The notes below the pieces were generated by a model. The model was not told the origin of the DNA, did not search any database, and saw only the letters and a list, made by a program, of their open reading frames with translations. A program made the translations under genes and the position numbers. Source: Macrostomum lignano (taxonomy: Eukaryota). Taken from it: DNA of 64,000 bases. Shown piece by piece: positions 43,831 through 56,773 of this stretch. The stretch lies in the NCBI GenBank assembly GCA_002269645.1, contig NIVC01003099.1, forward strand, positions 55,487-119,486, given 5' to 3'. The stretch's first letter is position 1; every line of letters starts with the position of its first letter.

Positions 43831-45159
43831 TGAGGCACAAAAACAGCGCGTGGCGCCACAATGAGCATCGTGGCTCGCAATCTAAAAAAGCCTTACGACA
43901 AAGATAACAACAGGGACAAATCCCACAATTTCAATAACACCCCGTATCTATCGAGTTCCTCTTCTTGTCAAACACGGCATTTCTTATCAAGTCGCCAGGA
44001 TCTCATCGGGCTTATTCTTATCCGCATCTCTCCGGGTTTGAGCACACCCAGTCCTCAGAGAAGCCAAGAGGTCTGTCTATAACCGTCTGATCCTTCCCAA
44101 TTTTCTAGCGCGTGCCTCATCAGCGCCACAAAAAATAAGAATCCTAACTAGCTACGCTAAACGCGAGAATTTAAACACACACACACAAGGTACGGAAAAG
44201 GAAAAAGATAAGGAGTGAGCATATCGCAGGTAGGTAAATAAGTAAAGGCGGGGGGCAGCTGGAGCCCCAGCAGATTGAGTGGCCCAGCTCGCAAAAACAC
44301 CAACTGCAGCTCATGAGGCTTCTCTTTGTTACATTTCCTTGAACCAGTATCCGTACTGAACTACTAGCTTTCATTGTGCCGCTTTAGATGAAAAATCATT
44401 TCTACGGGCGTATAGTTTGGTGCTTTGAACCCAGCCTGGCATTCAAAACTTTGCGCTTATGAAACCCAACCCAAACTTGCGCCTATTAAACACAAAATGG
44501 CGCTCACGAAACCCAAAATAGCGCCTATTAAACCGAAAATGACGTCTATTAAACCCAAAATCAAACCCGCTTATGAAACCCATTTTGGCGCTTATTAAAT
44601 ACATAGTGGCGCTTATGGAACCCATTTTGGCGCTTATAAAACCCGTTGTGGCGCATACAGTATGACACCCAAAATGGGTTTCAAAACCCAAAATATGTTC
44701 CACCAGAGTTGCGTTAACCATGGGTTCAATCAATTAAACAAATGTGAACGGTAAAAAACACCTTAAACTCAAGTGGAAACGTGACATTTATAAGTTACGA
44801 ACTCCTTTATTGATTACAGTAATAAGTCGTATGCCTATCGTTTTTTATTCCAACAGACGCTCGTACAGGGCCTGTCGTTTCGTTTCTGGGGTATCTTCCT
44901 GCCGTCATCGCTAAATCGGTACCAGATCGCACTGCTGATTTGAAAACGTGTTTCTAACTTTGGCACAGCTGTGATATGCATTGTCCCCCCGTGTATAGCC
45001 TGCCCACCCACAGCTCGGGTGCATGCACCCCCCCCCCATAGCTTCAGCTTATCTATAAAAACATCTCTTATCAGTTTTTGCCCATTTCGCTTTGTTATAA
45101 CGAAGTTGGTTCTATTTGATAAAAAGCCTGCTAGGTTAGTTAGTAAGAATTTTTCAAAA

Positions 45160-45215
45160 AAAGGACTCGAACCTGGAACTTCTTGTATTTAACATTAGCC
45201 AACTGAAACTGAAGT
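45160..45215 (-). other. Possible tRNA-derived (SINE-head-like) fragment
   Basis: The minus strand has a B-box-like GGTTCGAGTCC (45173-45163) about 30 nt after an A-box-like TCAGTTGG. No complete cloverleaf. Confidence 0.25.
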
Positions 45216-45234
45216 GATGCCGCTAACATTGACT

Positions 45235-45975
45235 GGGTCTTCAGAGAGGGCACCATTTACCCTCCTTACTGATCTTCAGAGAGGGCACCATTTACCCTCC
45301 TTACTGATTCTTCAATGAGGGCACCATTTACCCTCCTTACTGATTCTTCAATGAGGGCACCATTTACCCTCCTTACTGATTCTTCAATGAGGGCACCATT
45401 TACCCTCCTTACTGATCTTCAGAGAGGGCACCATTTACCCTCCTTACTGATTCTTCAATGAGGGCACCATTTACCCTCCTTACTGATTCTTCAATGAGGG
45501 CACCATTTACCCTCCTTACTGATTCTTCAATGAGGGCACCATTTACCCTCCTTACTGATCTTCAGAGAGGGCACCATTTACCCTCCTTACTGATTCTTCA
45601 ATGAGGGCACCATTTACCCTCCTTACTGATTCTTCAATGAGGGCACCATTTACCCTCCTTACTGATTCTTCAATGAGGGCACCATTTACCCTCCTTACTG
45701 ATTCTTCAGAGAGGGCACCATTTACCCTCCTTACTGATTCTTCAGAGAGGGCACCATTTACCCTCCTTACTGATTCTTCAATGAGGGCACCATTTACCCT
45801 CCTTACTGATTCTTCAGAGAGGGCACCATTTACCCTCCTTACTGATTCTTCAGAGAGGGCACCACTTACCCTCCTTACTGATTCTTCAGAAAAGGCACCA
45901 CTTACCCTCCTAACTGGATTCTTCAGAGAGGGCAACATTTACCCTCCTTACTGATTCTTCAGAGAGGGCACCGGT
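45235..45975. repeat. 36-bp minisatellite, about 20 copies
   Basis: Unit GAGGGCACCATTTACCCTCCTTACTGATTCTTCAAT. Confidence 0.94.
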
Positions 45976-46670
45976 AACCACCCAAGCAGCCAAAGTTTGC
46001 CAGATTACACAGATCACAAATCACAAATCAGTAAACAGCTTACCAAAGATTTTCTGACAAAAAACAAAAACTACGTTATGAACTTATCCGCCCCGAAGAC
46101 GATGTCACAGGTGACGAGAGTGTAAAAAATACTAGAACTGTAGCAAATTTTAGCCAGGTAAAACCTACTAAACAAAACGCTCACAGGAAAATGCACTGCA
46201 CGCAAACTTACAGTATAAATTCATGCGTACACGCGTGTATATATAAGTCAATTCTATACCTCTATAAACACCCAAGCGAAGGCCTATACAATCGGATACA
46301 GCTTGAAGCAACAATAGACAACAATTTTTTCGACTTTGTGCCTCCGCGGCTGCTACAGCCTGTGCGTGTGTACGTACTGTACATTGCACAGGCCCAGCCA
46401 TGACTGCGTAGCGTCTCTGCATGTCGTGGAACTTTCTTATCTGCGCGCGCTGCTTTGAACGAAGCTCAGCAGGCTACTAAGCTGCACGTGGTGCGTTGTA
46501 GGGGGACGGGGCGAAATTAAGAGTTTCAATTTCGAACAACAATGCTTGAAATTGGTAGATAATTTAGCGTCTTACTTTGGTTTATAAAGGTATCAAGAGT
46601 GGTGTCAGGTGAAGGGAGTTGTGTCAGGTGACAGGAGTTGTGCGATGTGTCAGGAGTTGTGCCATGTGTC

Positions 46671-48247
46671 AGGGATCGGGATCAGGGATCGGGATCAGGG
46701 ATCGGGATCAGGGATCGGGATCAGGGATCGGGATCAGGGATCGGGATCAGGGATCGGGATCAGGGATCGGGATCAGGGATCGGGATCAGGGATCGGGATC
46801 AGGGATCGGGATCAGGGATCGGGATCAGGGATCGGGATCAGGGATCGGGATCAGGGATCGGGATCAGGGATCAGGATCAGGGATCGGGATCAGGGATCGG
46901 GATCAGGGATCGGGATCAGGGATCGGGATCAGGGATCGGGATCAGGGATCGGGATCAGGGATCGGGATCAGGGATCGGGATCAGGGATCGGGATCAGGGA
47001 TCGGGATCAGGGATCGGGATCAGGGATCGGGATCAGGGATCGGGATCAGGGATCGGGATCAGGGATCGGGATCAGGGATCGGGATCAGGGATCGGGATCA
47101 GGGATCGGGATCAGGGATCGGGATCAGGGATCGGGATCAGGGATCGGGATCAGGGATCGGGATCAGGGATCGGGATCAGGGATCGGGATCAGGGATCGGG
47201 ATCAGGGATCGGGATCAGGGATCGGGATCAGGGATCGGGATCAGGGATCGGGATCAGGGATCGGGATCAGGGATCGGGATCAGGGATCGGGATCAGGGAT
47301 CGGGATCAGGGATCGGGATCAGGGATCGGGATCAGGGATCGGGATCAGGGATCGGGATCAGGGATCGGGATCAGGGATCGGGATCAGGGATCGGGATCAG
47401 GGATCGGGATCAGGGATCGGGATCAGGGATCGGGATCAGGGATCGGGATCAGGGATCGGGATCAGGGATCGGGATCAGGGATCGGGATCAGGGATCGGGA
47501 TCAGGGATCGGGATCAGGGATCGGGATCAGGGATCGGGATCAGGGATCGGGATCAGGGATCGGGATCAGGGATCGGGATCAGGGATCGGGATCAGGGATC
47601 GGGATCAGGGATCGGGATCAGGGATCGGGATCAGGGATCGGGATCAGGGATCGGGATCAGGGATCGGGATCAGGGATCGGGATCAGGGATCGGGATCAGG
47701 GATCGGGATCAGGGATCGGGATCAGGGATCGGGATCAGGGATCGGGATCAGGGATCGGGATCAGGGATCGGGATCAGGGATCGGGATCAGGGATCGGGAT
47801 CAGGGATCGGGATCAGGGATCGGGATCAGGGATCGGGATCAGGGATCGGGATCAGGGATCGGGATCAGGGATCGGGATCAGGGATCGGGATCAGGGATCG
47901 GGATCAGGGATCGGGATCAGGGATCGGGATCAGGGATCGGGATCAGGGATCGGGATCAGGGATCGGGATCAGGGATCGGGATCAGGGATCGGGATCAGGG
48001 ATCGGGATCAGGGATCGGGATCAGGGATCGGGATCAGGGATCGGGATCAGGGATCGGGATCAGGGATCGGGATCAGGGATCGGGATCAGGGATCGGGATC
48101 AGGGATCGGGATCAGGGATCGGGATCAGGGATCGGGATCAGGGATCGGGATCAGGGATCGGGATCAGGGATCGGGATCAGGGATCGGGATCAGGGATCGG
48201 GATCAGGGATCGGGATCAGGGATCGGGATCAGGGATCGGGATCAGGG
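46671..48247 (+). repeat. Near-perfect 13-bp satellite (GGGATCAGGGATC)n, about 121 copies
   Basis: Only one variant unit seen (~46872). Explains the three overlapping stop-free ORFs. Confidence 0.98.
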
Positions 48248-48779
48248 GAAATCTGTGCCCCAGTTCAGGCCTGGGAACCCAGAAAAGAGCCAAGCAACAA
48301 AACATTCTATCGCCAGATGGCGGTAAGGAAGTGGCGCTCAAAGTCAGTAACAATATCGACTCAGAGAAGCAGGCTGCAGGATGGGGAGACGTGAGCTGGC
48401 TTAGGATTTCGGGGGAGGGGGCAGAACGTGCTGAGGTGCCATTTTCCCCAACTGTGCGTACAGAAGTGAGAAAGGAAAGAGGGGAGATGAAACTGGCTTG
48501 GGATAAAATCGGGTCTTCTGTGCCCCGCCAAATTTTGATGAGGCTCCCGATAAATAAAAAGGCGGTAGTTTTAGTGGCCGCAGTCAGGAGATCCGGGGAC
48601 ATTGCTGTGCGAGATTTCACTCAGCTGATCTTTCTCTTGATAATTTTCAAAGCAGAAGATTTTTCAACAAAAAAATGAAAACATTTCAAAATGCTAAAGA
48701 AAAAAATATTTTGTGATGGATGGATGAAATCACAGAAGGGATTTTATAAAGGATCATTTTTGGGTCGTTTTGGGGATCA

Positions 48780-49025
48780 TATTGGGGATTATTGGGACAA
48801 TAGCAAGTATCATTTCAAGGATTTTGGGGATCATTTTGGGGATCACTTTGGGGGTCATTTTGGGGTCATTTGGGGGATCATTTTGAGAATCATTTTGAGA
48901 ATCATTTTGGGGATCGTTTTGGGATCATTTTGGGATCATTTTGGAACAATATCAGGGATCGTTTTATAGATCGTTTCGTGCATCATTCTGGAGGATCATT
49001 TTGGGGATCTTTTGGGGATCATATT
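48780..49025. repeat. Degenerate GGGGATCATTTT repeat
   Basis: About 15 imperfect copies. Confidence 0.7.
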
Positions 49026-49911
49026 TGAGATCAGAAATGATCCAGTTCAGTTTTTAACCACGCAAAAAGACACAAGAAGCTGCAGCTGACCAACAGTCGA
49101 TCTCAACTTCGAATTTGTTCAGAGAGCGGCACAAAAATCGGGGACTTTGAGGAGAGGGAGGGACGGAGAACAAATTGTCTTCTGCCAAAAGTCTTCCTTT
49201 TTGTACCGCTAATTTTCTCCGAATCAAGGCATTGCGCTTGATGAAGGAGCAACTCGCAATGAAAGGAAGGAAGCTGGGCCACTGATGACGCGGCGGTTTG
49301 CCGCAGCCAAAAGACGCGCCCGGCCTAAGGAGAACTCGAACAAGAATACGGACTGAGCACCTCTTCCCAGATAAATCCCAGTTTTAAATACGATGATTAG
49401 GCCGGCGATTCAGAAAGTTTTCATCTTGTAACCAACAACAATGCCAAAGCAAATATTTATGAATCGTTTTGAAAAGAAACGGACTGTCAAATCGTTCAGA
49501 AAAACTTGGCCAAAGCGAAATTAGGACGATTCTAGAAAAATGCTTTTAGGCAGCAAAGTCGTCCAGTATGTAATCAGTCAGCCTCATCATGTATGAAGCT
49601 GAGGGTTTGAGAGATCTCCTTGGCTTTCGGCCATCCCCCATCCCCTCTGCGGAACCACTGATTGACTGCGACCCTTTCATCTAAGATTTCTTTTGTTGTT
49701 TTTCGGGACAAGACAAACCTTACCATTTCGCTACAGCCGATCATGCTGTAGGGCGAGACTGCACCTACTGCACGCTGCCCAAGCCAAAAATAGCTACTTG
49801 TAAGCATAATTAATATTCACTCCGTGCTAGAATAAGCGAACACAAAAACAGTTTATTCAAAGCGACGGTTTAGTTTGCAGGTACACTGGTACATGAGCGC
49901 TAAGGTGAACA

Positions 49912-50290
49912 AACAGTCACTGAAACTGTACCAAACAGTCACTGAAACTTTACCAAACAGTCACTGAAACTGTACCAAACAGTCACTGAAACTGTACCAA
50001 ACAGTCACTGAAACTGTACCAAACAGTCACTGAAACTTTACCAAACAGTCACTGAAACTGTACCAAACAGTCACTGAAACTGTACCAAACAGTCACTGAA
50101 ACTGTACCAAACAGTCACTGAAACTGTACCAAACAGTCACTGAAACTTTACCAAACAGTCACTGAAACTGTACCAAACAGTCACTGAAACTGTACCAAAC
50201 AGTCACTGAAACTTTACCAAACAGTCACTGAAACTGTACCAAACAGTCACTGAAACTGTACCAAACAGTCACTGAAACTTTACTGAAACA
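49912..50290. repeat. 22-bp minisatellite, about 17 copies
   Basis: Unit AAACAGTCACTGAAACT(G/T)TACC. Confidence 0.93.
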
Positions 50291-50984
50291 CGAAATCCTG
50301 ATGCATGGATTTTTAAGTTTAAATCAACGTACATGTATTGGACAAATGACGATGAAATATTTCACTCAGGAACACTTCAAAGCAATTATTTTCATTGAAA
50401 TAAAGGAGCTTAGTGGAACTTGACGCTGAGAGAGGTGGTGATGCAGCGAGTTCAAGTGGCTCATGGTGATAAAGATAAAGAAACGGCTAATGCCAACCAC
50501 AAGAAAAGCTTTCAAAGTCGAATTTTTGCCAACTCTCAAAAATCTGTCACCTCTCGCCTACATGTATATCGCACCTCGGTACTGCAGAGATTTTCGCCGA
50601 ACTATCTTAAGAAAATAAACTCTGCGCAAGAAAAAAACCTGCGCAAAAGACTGCGCACTTACGGAATTCCTGTCGAAAATTCCACTCGATCATTTAAAAC
50701 GACATAAGCCGAGCCCACAGAAAGTCTTCACTCGTTTAAACAAATTTGGTTGCTCCTGGCAAGATTGAGAGCCTTTTAACTGTTTTTTTTTGTCATCGCC
50801 CAATTCACTTAACCCTGAATAGTCGACGACAAGATGTTCCGAAAAAATGTTTTTGACATTTCCGGAATAAAATTTACTATACCGACGCAAACTGGCTTGA
50901 TTCTAGGTTGTTTATTTTACCTAAAACCAATCATCAGAATAGGCCACTATAACCGTGTGAGATGATCGACCCGAGGCTGAGGAT

Positions 50985-51618
50985 CTGGCATGGTGGTGGC
51001 CTAGCAACTGAGGATCTGGGAGGCTGGCCCAGCAATTGAGGATCTGGGAGGCTGGCCCAGAAACTGAGGATCTGGGAGGCTGGTCCAGAAACTGAGGATC
51101 TGGGAGGCTGGTCCAGCAACTGAGGATCTGGGAGGCTGGTCCAGCAACTGAGGATCTGGGAGGCTGGCCCAGCAACTGAGGATCTGGGAGGCTGGCCCAG
51201 CAACTGAGGATCTGGGAGGCTGGCCCAAAAACTGAGGATCTGGGAGGCTGGTCCAGAAACTGAGGATCTGGGAGGCTGGCCCAGCAACTGAGGATCTGGG
51301 AGGCTGGCCCAAAAACTGAGGATCTGGAAGGCTGGCCCAAAAACTGAGGATCTGGGAGGCTGGTCCAGAAACTGAGGATCTGGGAGGCTGGCCCAGCAAC
51401 TGAGGATCTGGGAGGCTGGCCCAGCAACTGAGGATCTGGGAGACTCGCCCAGCAAATGAGGATCTGGGAGGCTGGTCCAGCAACTGAGGATCTGGGAGGC
51501 TGGCCCAAAAACTGAGGATCTGGGAGGCTGGTCCAGAAACTGAGGATCTGGGAGGCTGGCCCAGCAACTGAGGATCTGGGAGACTCGCCCAGCAACTGAG
51601 GATCTGGGAGACTGGCTG
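50985..51618 (-). repeat. 28-bp minisatellite (family A), reverse orientation
   Basis: AACTGAGGATCTGGGAGGCTGGCCCAGC, the reverse complement of the 20575 unit. Confidence 0.93.
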
Positions 51619-53174
51619 CACAGTCTTGATTTTAATCTATTAACCATACAATCATTGAGCTGATCGGGTCATGTTCGTTAAGTGGGAAACTAGACAAGCT
51701 TCTCAGGAACAAAAACTAGGAGTAAAATACCTTGAAATAAAAAGTGTAAATCTAAAGCAAGCGATGGTAGCACATGCAGATATACACGCAATTACCCATG
51801 ATTGTAGCTGATGTAGGCGCACCACTGCCGCGAGATGATGGATATAAAAGAATTGCTGTTTTGAAGCTGGGGCCGAGACACCGCGAAGACGAAGCCGGGC
51901 AAAGAGAATGGTTTAAGGGGTTTATTGTTTGAGAAGAGCTGGAAAATACAGCCTTTATTATACGGTAAGTTCAGGTTTTGAATTCAGCTCCACGGGCAGC
52001 CCCCAACCCCGCAGAGAAGGGCTCGGAAGGAATGCTGAGTAACCAAACTGCGCACTGCATGGGCGCGCGCTTGCGGCAAACCCCAGTTCAAATATCAACA
52101 ATGCTTAGCAGTCCAACAATGCCCCATTGTTGCTGGCTATTCCCATTGTCTCTCTATAGCTCCACCCCACTCACTCTCCGCTGTACCATTGAGCTGTCTT
52201 AATATTCTCCTCCCCTGGCTCACTGCGCGCCCAGAACTGAGTATGCAGCATTGCTGAGGTACCTATAAGACAAGTCTACAACGCCCCCTCCCACTCCAGC
52301 TCTATTTCTTCTCTCACCTCTTTACAGCTCAATTCATTTCTCCTCATGCATTGTAATAAGTTCGATTGAAGACAATTCAAAAAAGAAGTAATTTCCAGTG
52401 CTACTGAGAGTTATAGGCTGAGTGTGAACGATCCTATACTCTCTCAGACTGTCTTGCTAAAAATTGCCCGGGCACAATAGGCAGTCTCTACAGTAGGAAA
52501 CTTCTATTTTTGAAATGGACAAAAACATTTCACGCTTATTTTGAAGGCCGAGGACAGGGAGTCCGAGCGCGAGGCAGAGAATTCTGTGTGGTGCACAGTT
52601 GCGCTTGAGATTGCAAGTGAGAAAGATTGAGAGCCTGACAATAGAGCTCTCAAATGTAAGGTCTGAATATAAGGCGACCCGATTAAAATAAGATTAACCT
52701 ATTAACAATGTGCAAATAAGTATTCAATGAATTGGGGAAATGTCACCACTTGCTATTCAATTCCGACCTAATAAAGTCTTCAACAACAAAGTCAAAGGTT
52801 GTGTAAATTGCCCAGATATCTAACCCAAGGTAGGCCATGAATTGCAGGGCACAGTGAAGATGAATCAAGGGGGGTCAGAGAGAGCCCCCGAGACGGGGGA
52901 CACGAAAGACAATGAATGAGCATTCACAACTCAAATCTCTAGAGCTGTGCTCACACATAATAGTGGACACTGCGAGTCCAAGTAGCCGAACACAATGCCG
53001 CTGCAATCAAAAGCAGGTAGCTCGAATAATCCATTTTCAAACTTGCAAAGAAAATAAAATTACTGCAGCAAAGTTGAAAGAATGGGGTGAGGAAAGCACA
53101 GGCCACAGCAGCAGCCGCAATTCTCAGGTTAAAATATAATAATGGCCTGGAATTATGAGAAATGGCAGTATATT

Positions 53175-53838
53175 TTAACTCTCTGGGAGGCTGGCCCAGA
53201 AACTGAGGATCTGGGAGGCTTGCCCAGCAACTCAGGATCTGGGAGGCTGGCCCAGCAACTGAGAATCTGGGAGGCTGGTGGCCCAGAAAATGAGGATTTA
53301 GGGGGCTGGCCCAGCAACTGACACTCTGGGAGGCTGGTGGCCCAGAAAATGAGGATTAAGGGGGCTGGCCCAGCAACTGACACTCTGGGAGGCTGGCCAA
53401 CCCACTGAAGATCTGGGAAGCTGGCCCAGCAACTGAGGATCTGGGAGGCTGGCCCAGCAACTGACACTCTGGGAGGCTGGCCCAGCAACTGACACTCTGG
53501 GAGGCTGGCCCAGCAACTGAGGATCTGGGAGGCTGGCAGCCCAGCAACTGAGGATCTGGGAGGCTGGCAGCCCAGCAACTGAGGATCTGGGAGGCTGGCA
53601 GCCCAGCAACTGAGGATCTGGGAGGCTGGCAGCCCAGCAACTGAGGATCTGGGAGGCTGGCAGCCCAGCAACTGAGGATCTGGGAGGCTGGCAGCCCAGC
53701 AACTGAGGATCTGGGAGGCTGGCAGCCCAGCAACTGAGGATCTGGGAGGCTGGCAGCCCAGCAACTGAGGATCTGGGAGGCTGGCAGCCCAGCAACTGAG
53801 GATCTGGGAGGCTGGCAGCCTAGCAACTGAGGATCTGA
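53175..53838 (-). repeat. 28/32-bp minisatellite (family A), reverse orientation
   Basis: Same unit. The distal block carries a 4-bp addition (GCTGGCAGCCCAG). Confidence 0.93.
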
Positions 53839-54424
53839 AAAAGTCTCCTATCTAACGCATGGCATGACATGGCATGTGCAAAGCTCTCGGTATTTTGACA
53901 TGCCAGATTTATGTAATAATCCGAGGTAAAATTAAGAAAAAATAATAATAAAACACAGGAATAATCACATCAAAAGATGCAAAGGGTTCCAAAGAATCTT
54001 TTGTCCATATTAAACCAAATAAAGACGGCAATTTTGAGGGCGTATAAAAAAACGCAGCAGAATGAAGCAAGAAAAAGCATCAGAGGCTTGGGAGCAGTTT
54101 TGCAAAGCAAGCCGAGGTATTGAATATTCTACTTGCGCAGGTGGTCGAGATGCATCAAGCATTCGAGGGTGCCAGATTTCAGCAGCAACAATATTCTATG
54201 GCTATTGAATATGAAAATTAACTACATGTACCTCAACACATTTCAACGCCTTCGAGCCAGAAAGTCAGGCCACCTGAGGTCTTGGAAGCATCAATCTTCG
54301 TTTCTTGTGCAACAAAATTCTGCCAAATTTAGAAACAAGATAAATATCCACATATCTATAATAGGCTAGTGGCCGCAAAGGGTAAAGCATACCTAAAGAC
54401 AGGAATGGTATACCCAATCCAATA

Positions 54425-55125
54425 CACAAAGACAGGAGGTATACCCAGAGACAGCAGGGTATACCCAGAGACAGGAGGGTATACCCAGAGACAGGAGGGT
54501 ATACCCAGAGACAGCAGGGTATACCCAGAGACACGAGAGTATACCCAGAGACAGGAGGGTATACCCAGAGACATCAGGGTATACCTAGAGACAGGAGGGT
54601 ATACCCAGAGACAGGAGGGTATACCCAGAGACAGGAGGGTATACCCAGAGACAGCAGGGTATACCCAGAGACAGCAGGGTATACCCAGAGACAAGAGAGT
54701 ATACCCAGAGACAGGAGGGTATACCCAGAGACATCAGGGTATACCTAGAGACAGGAGGGTATACCCAGAGACAGGAGGGTATACCCAAAGACAGGAGGGT
54801 ATACCCAGAGACAGGAGGGTATACCCAGAGACAGGAGGGTATACCCAGAGACAGCAGGGTATACCCAGAGACAGCAGGGTATACCCAGAGACAGGAGGGC
54901 ATACCAAAAGACAGGAGGGTATACCCAGAGACAGGAGGGTATACCCAGAGACAGCAGGGTATACCCAGAGACAGGAGGGTATACCCAGAGACAGCAGGGT
55001 ATACCCAGAGACAGCAGGGTATACCCAGAGACAGCAGGGTATACCCAGAGACAGCAGGGTATACCCAGAGACAGCAGGGTATACCCAGAGGCAGGAGGGT
55101 ATATCCAGACGGAATGGTATACCCA
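54425..55125. repeat. 20-bp minisatellite with palindromic core GGGTATACCC
   Basis: Unit GGGTATACCCAGAGACAG(G/C)A. Confidence 0.93.
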
Positions 55126-55497
55126 ATACTTAAAGACAAACAATAAGCACATTCAAATGTATCCCAGCCAGTTCTGATCAGAAAAAATTGGAGGTCAAAA
55201 AAAAGATTTGTCAACAAAAACATTTTGGAAATTTGGAATCGCTGAAATAACTTTTGCAACTTTGTTTAAAGCAATATTGCAACAATGAAATATTAAGATT
55301 TATATTTAGATAAATATGCACTCATAAATGTGCAAATTTTATTGCAGAACACCAATCTGTATGTCTAGTCAGTTGTTGTTGCTGTCCATAAGATACTACT
55401 GAATAGCAATTGCCACGAAAATCTGTCTTTCTCAAAAATTACGGAAGACAGACGGAAACAAACTAACTATTAGGGTCACTTCAATGCACTTTTCCGC

Positions 55498-56773
55498 TCA
55501 TTTAAGCAGGGCCCACTTGAATTGCTGAGTGGCCTGTTGCAGTACCTGAAAATAAATTTGTTGTCAATAAAAAGTTTTTTAAATGACAGCTTTTTTGCTA
55601 TACTGTCTATAGCATAGCTTTTTGAATATTTTTTGCACAAGGTTTTAATTCATTGTTGAGAGGAGTCAAGAGAGGTCACGTGAGGGCTGTAAGGGAGAGA
55701 GAGGGGTCACGTGAGTGCAAAGAGGGGTCCCGTGAGCACATAGAGTCAAGTGAGTGCAGAGAGGGTCCCGTGGGCACATAGGGTCAAGTGAGTGCAGAGA
55801 GGGTCCCGTGAGCACATAGGGTCAAGTGAGTGCAGAGAGGGGTCACGTCAGTGCAGAGAGGGGTCAAGTGAGTGCAGAGAGGGGTCACGTCAGTGCAGAG
55901 AGGGTCAAGTGATTGCAGACAGAGAGGATCCCGTGAGCACATAGGGGTCAAGTGAGTGCAGAGAAGGTCATGTGAGTGCAGAGAGAGGTCACATGAGTGC
56001 AGAGAGGGTCCCGAGAGCACATAGGGTCAAGTGAGTGCTGAGTGCAGAGAGAGGTCACAGTCACATGAGTCCAGATGTGTCACGTGAGTGCAGAGAGGGT
56101 CACGTGAGTACACACGGGTCATTTGAGTGCAGGAGTTACGTGAGTGCAGAGAGGGTCACGTGAGTCCAGAGAGGATTTAGTAGCATAAAGAGTTTAATAA
56201 GCTATAAAGACAAAATAAATCATAAGTAAAGTTTTGCAATATAAATAATTATAACAAATCGCTAAGACCTACCTGAGTAACGGAGCCCTCCATCGGAGAT
56301 GACTCATCAATAACCCTAGTGCCAACCCTGGCAACAAGGTGGTGAGCGTCAGTCTCCAAGACAATGCCATTGTCGCACAATTCGTCAACAACAAGAAACA
56401 TCACATCCAAGTAGTCCAACAGGGCCCGTTTTTCAACGTTCTTTCTTAGAATAATCGACACAGCGTCAAACAGAGTGCAGAGAACGGTATTAAGAATCAG
56501 CTCGTTTTCGTTCGAATCTCCAAGAACGCAAAACAGCAAATCAACATTGGATCGAAATAGGCAGGTTAAGCCTTCAAACATGAGCACATCGGTTGATGGG
56601 TTCTTAGCAGTCTTGGCTAATAATCGGCGCTCGAAAAGCCGCTGGTCTTTGGCTGAAGCCAGGCCTACAGTGACAGTGCTTGAGCCGGCACCTGTGTAGT
56701 ACTTAGCCACAATACGACGGCCATCATTGTCAAGAATGAGGATTGCCCTCACTGTGTGCAATGAGATATCCAT
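55498..56773 (-). CDS. COPZ1: Coatomer subunit zeta; exons 56773-56273 and 55545-55498
   Basis: SLHTVRAILILDNDGRRIVAKYY, NELIL, KNVEKRALL, LVVDELCDNGIVLETD. Phase-0 intron CAG|GTAGGT ... TTTTCAG|GTA gives SVTQ-VLQQATQQFKWALLK*, matching the conserved C-terminus. Confidence 0.95.
55670..56175. repeat. Composite minisatellite of about 21 bp in the COPZ1 intron
   Basis: Recurring GTGAGTGCAGAGAGGGGTCA(C/A). Confidence 0.8.

Noticed and set aside
46671-48247. Interstitial telomere
   Set aside because: The unit is not TTAGGG or a recognised variant, and genes continue on both sides.
46609-48678. Three overlapping 560-690 aa ORFs (GSGSGIGIRDRDQ)n
   Set aside because: They result from a stop-free 13-bp satellite. 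No splice or codon evidence supports translation.
50921-55259. Multiple 130-250 aa ORFs (PASQILSCW..., YTQRQEGIPR...)
   Set aside because: Translations of the 28-bp and 20-bp minisatellites.
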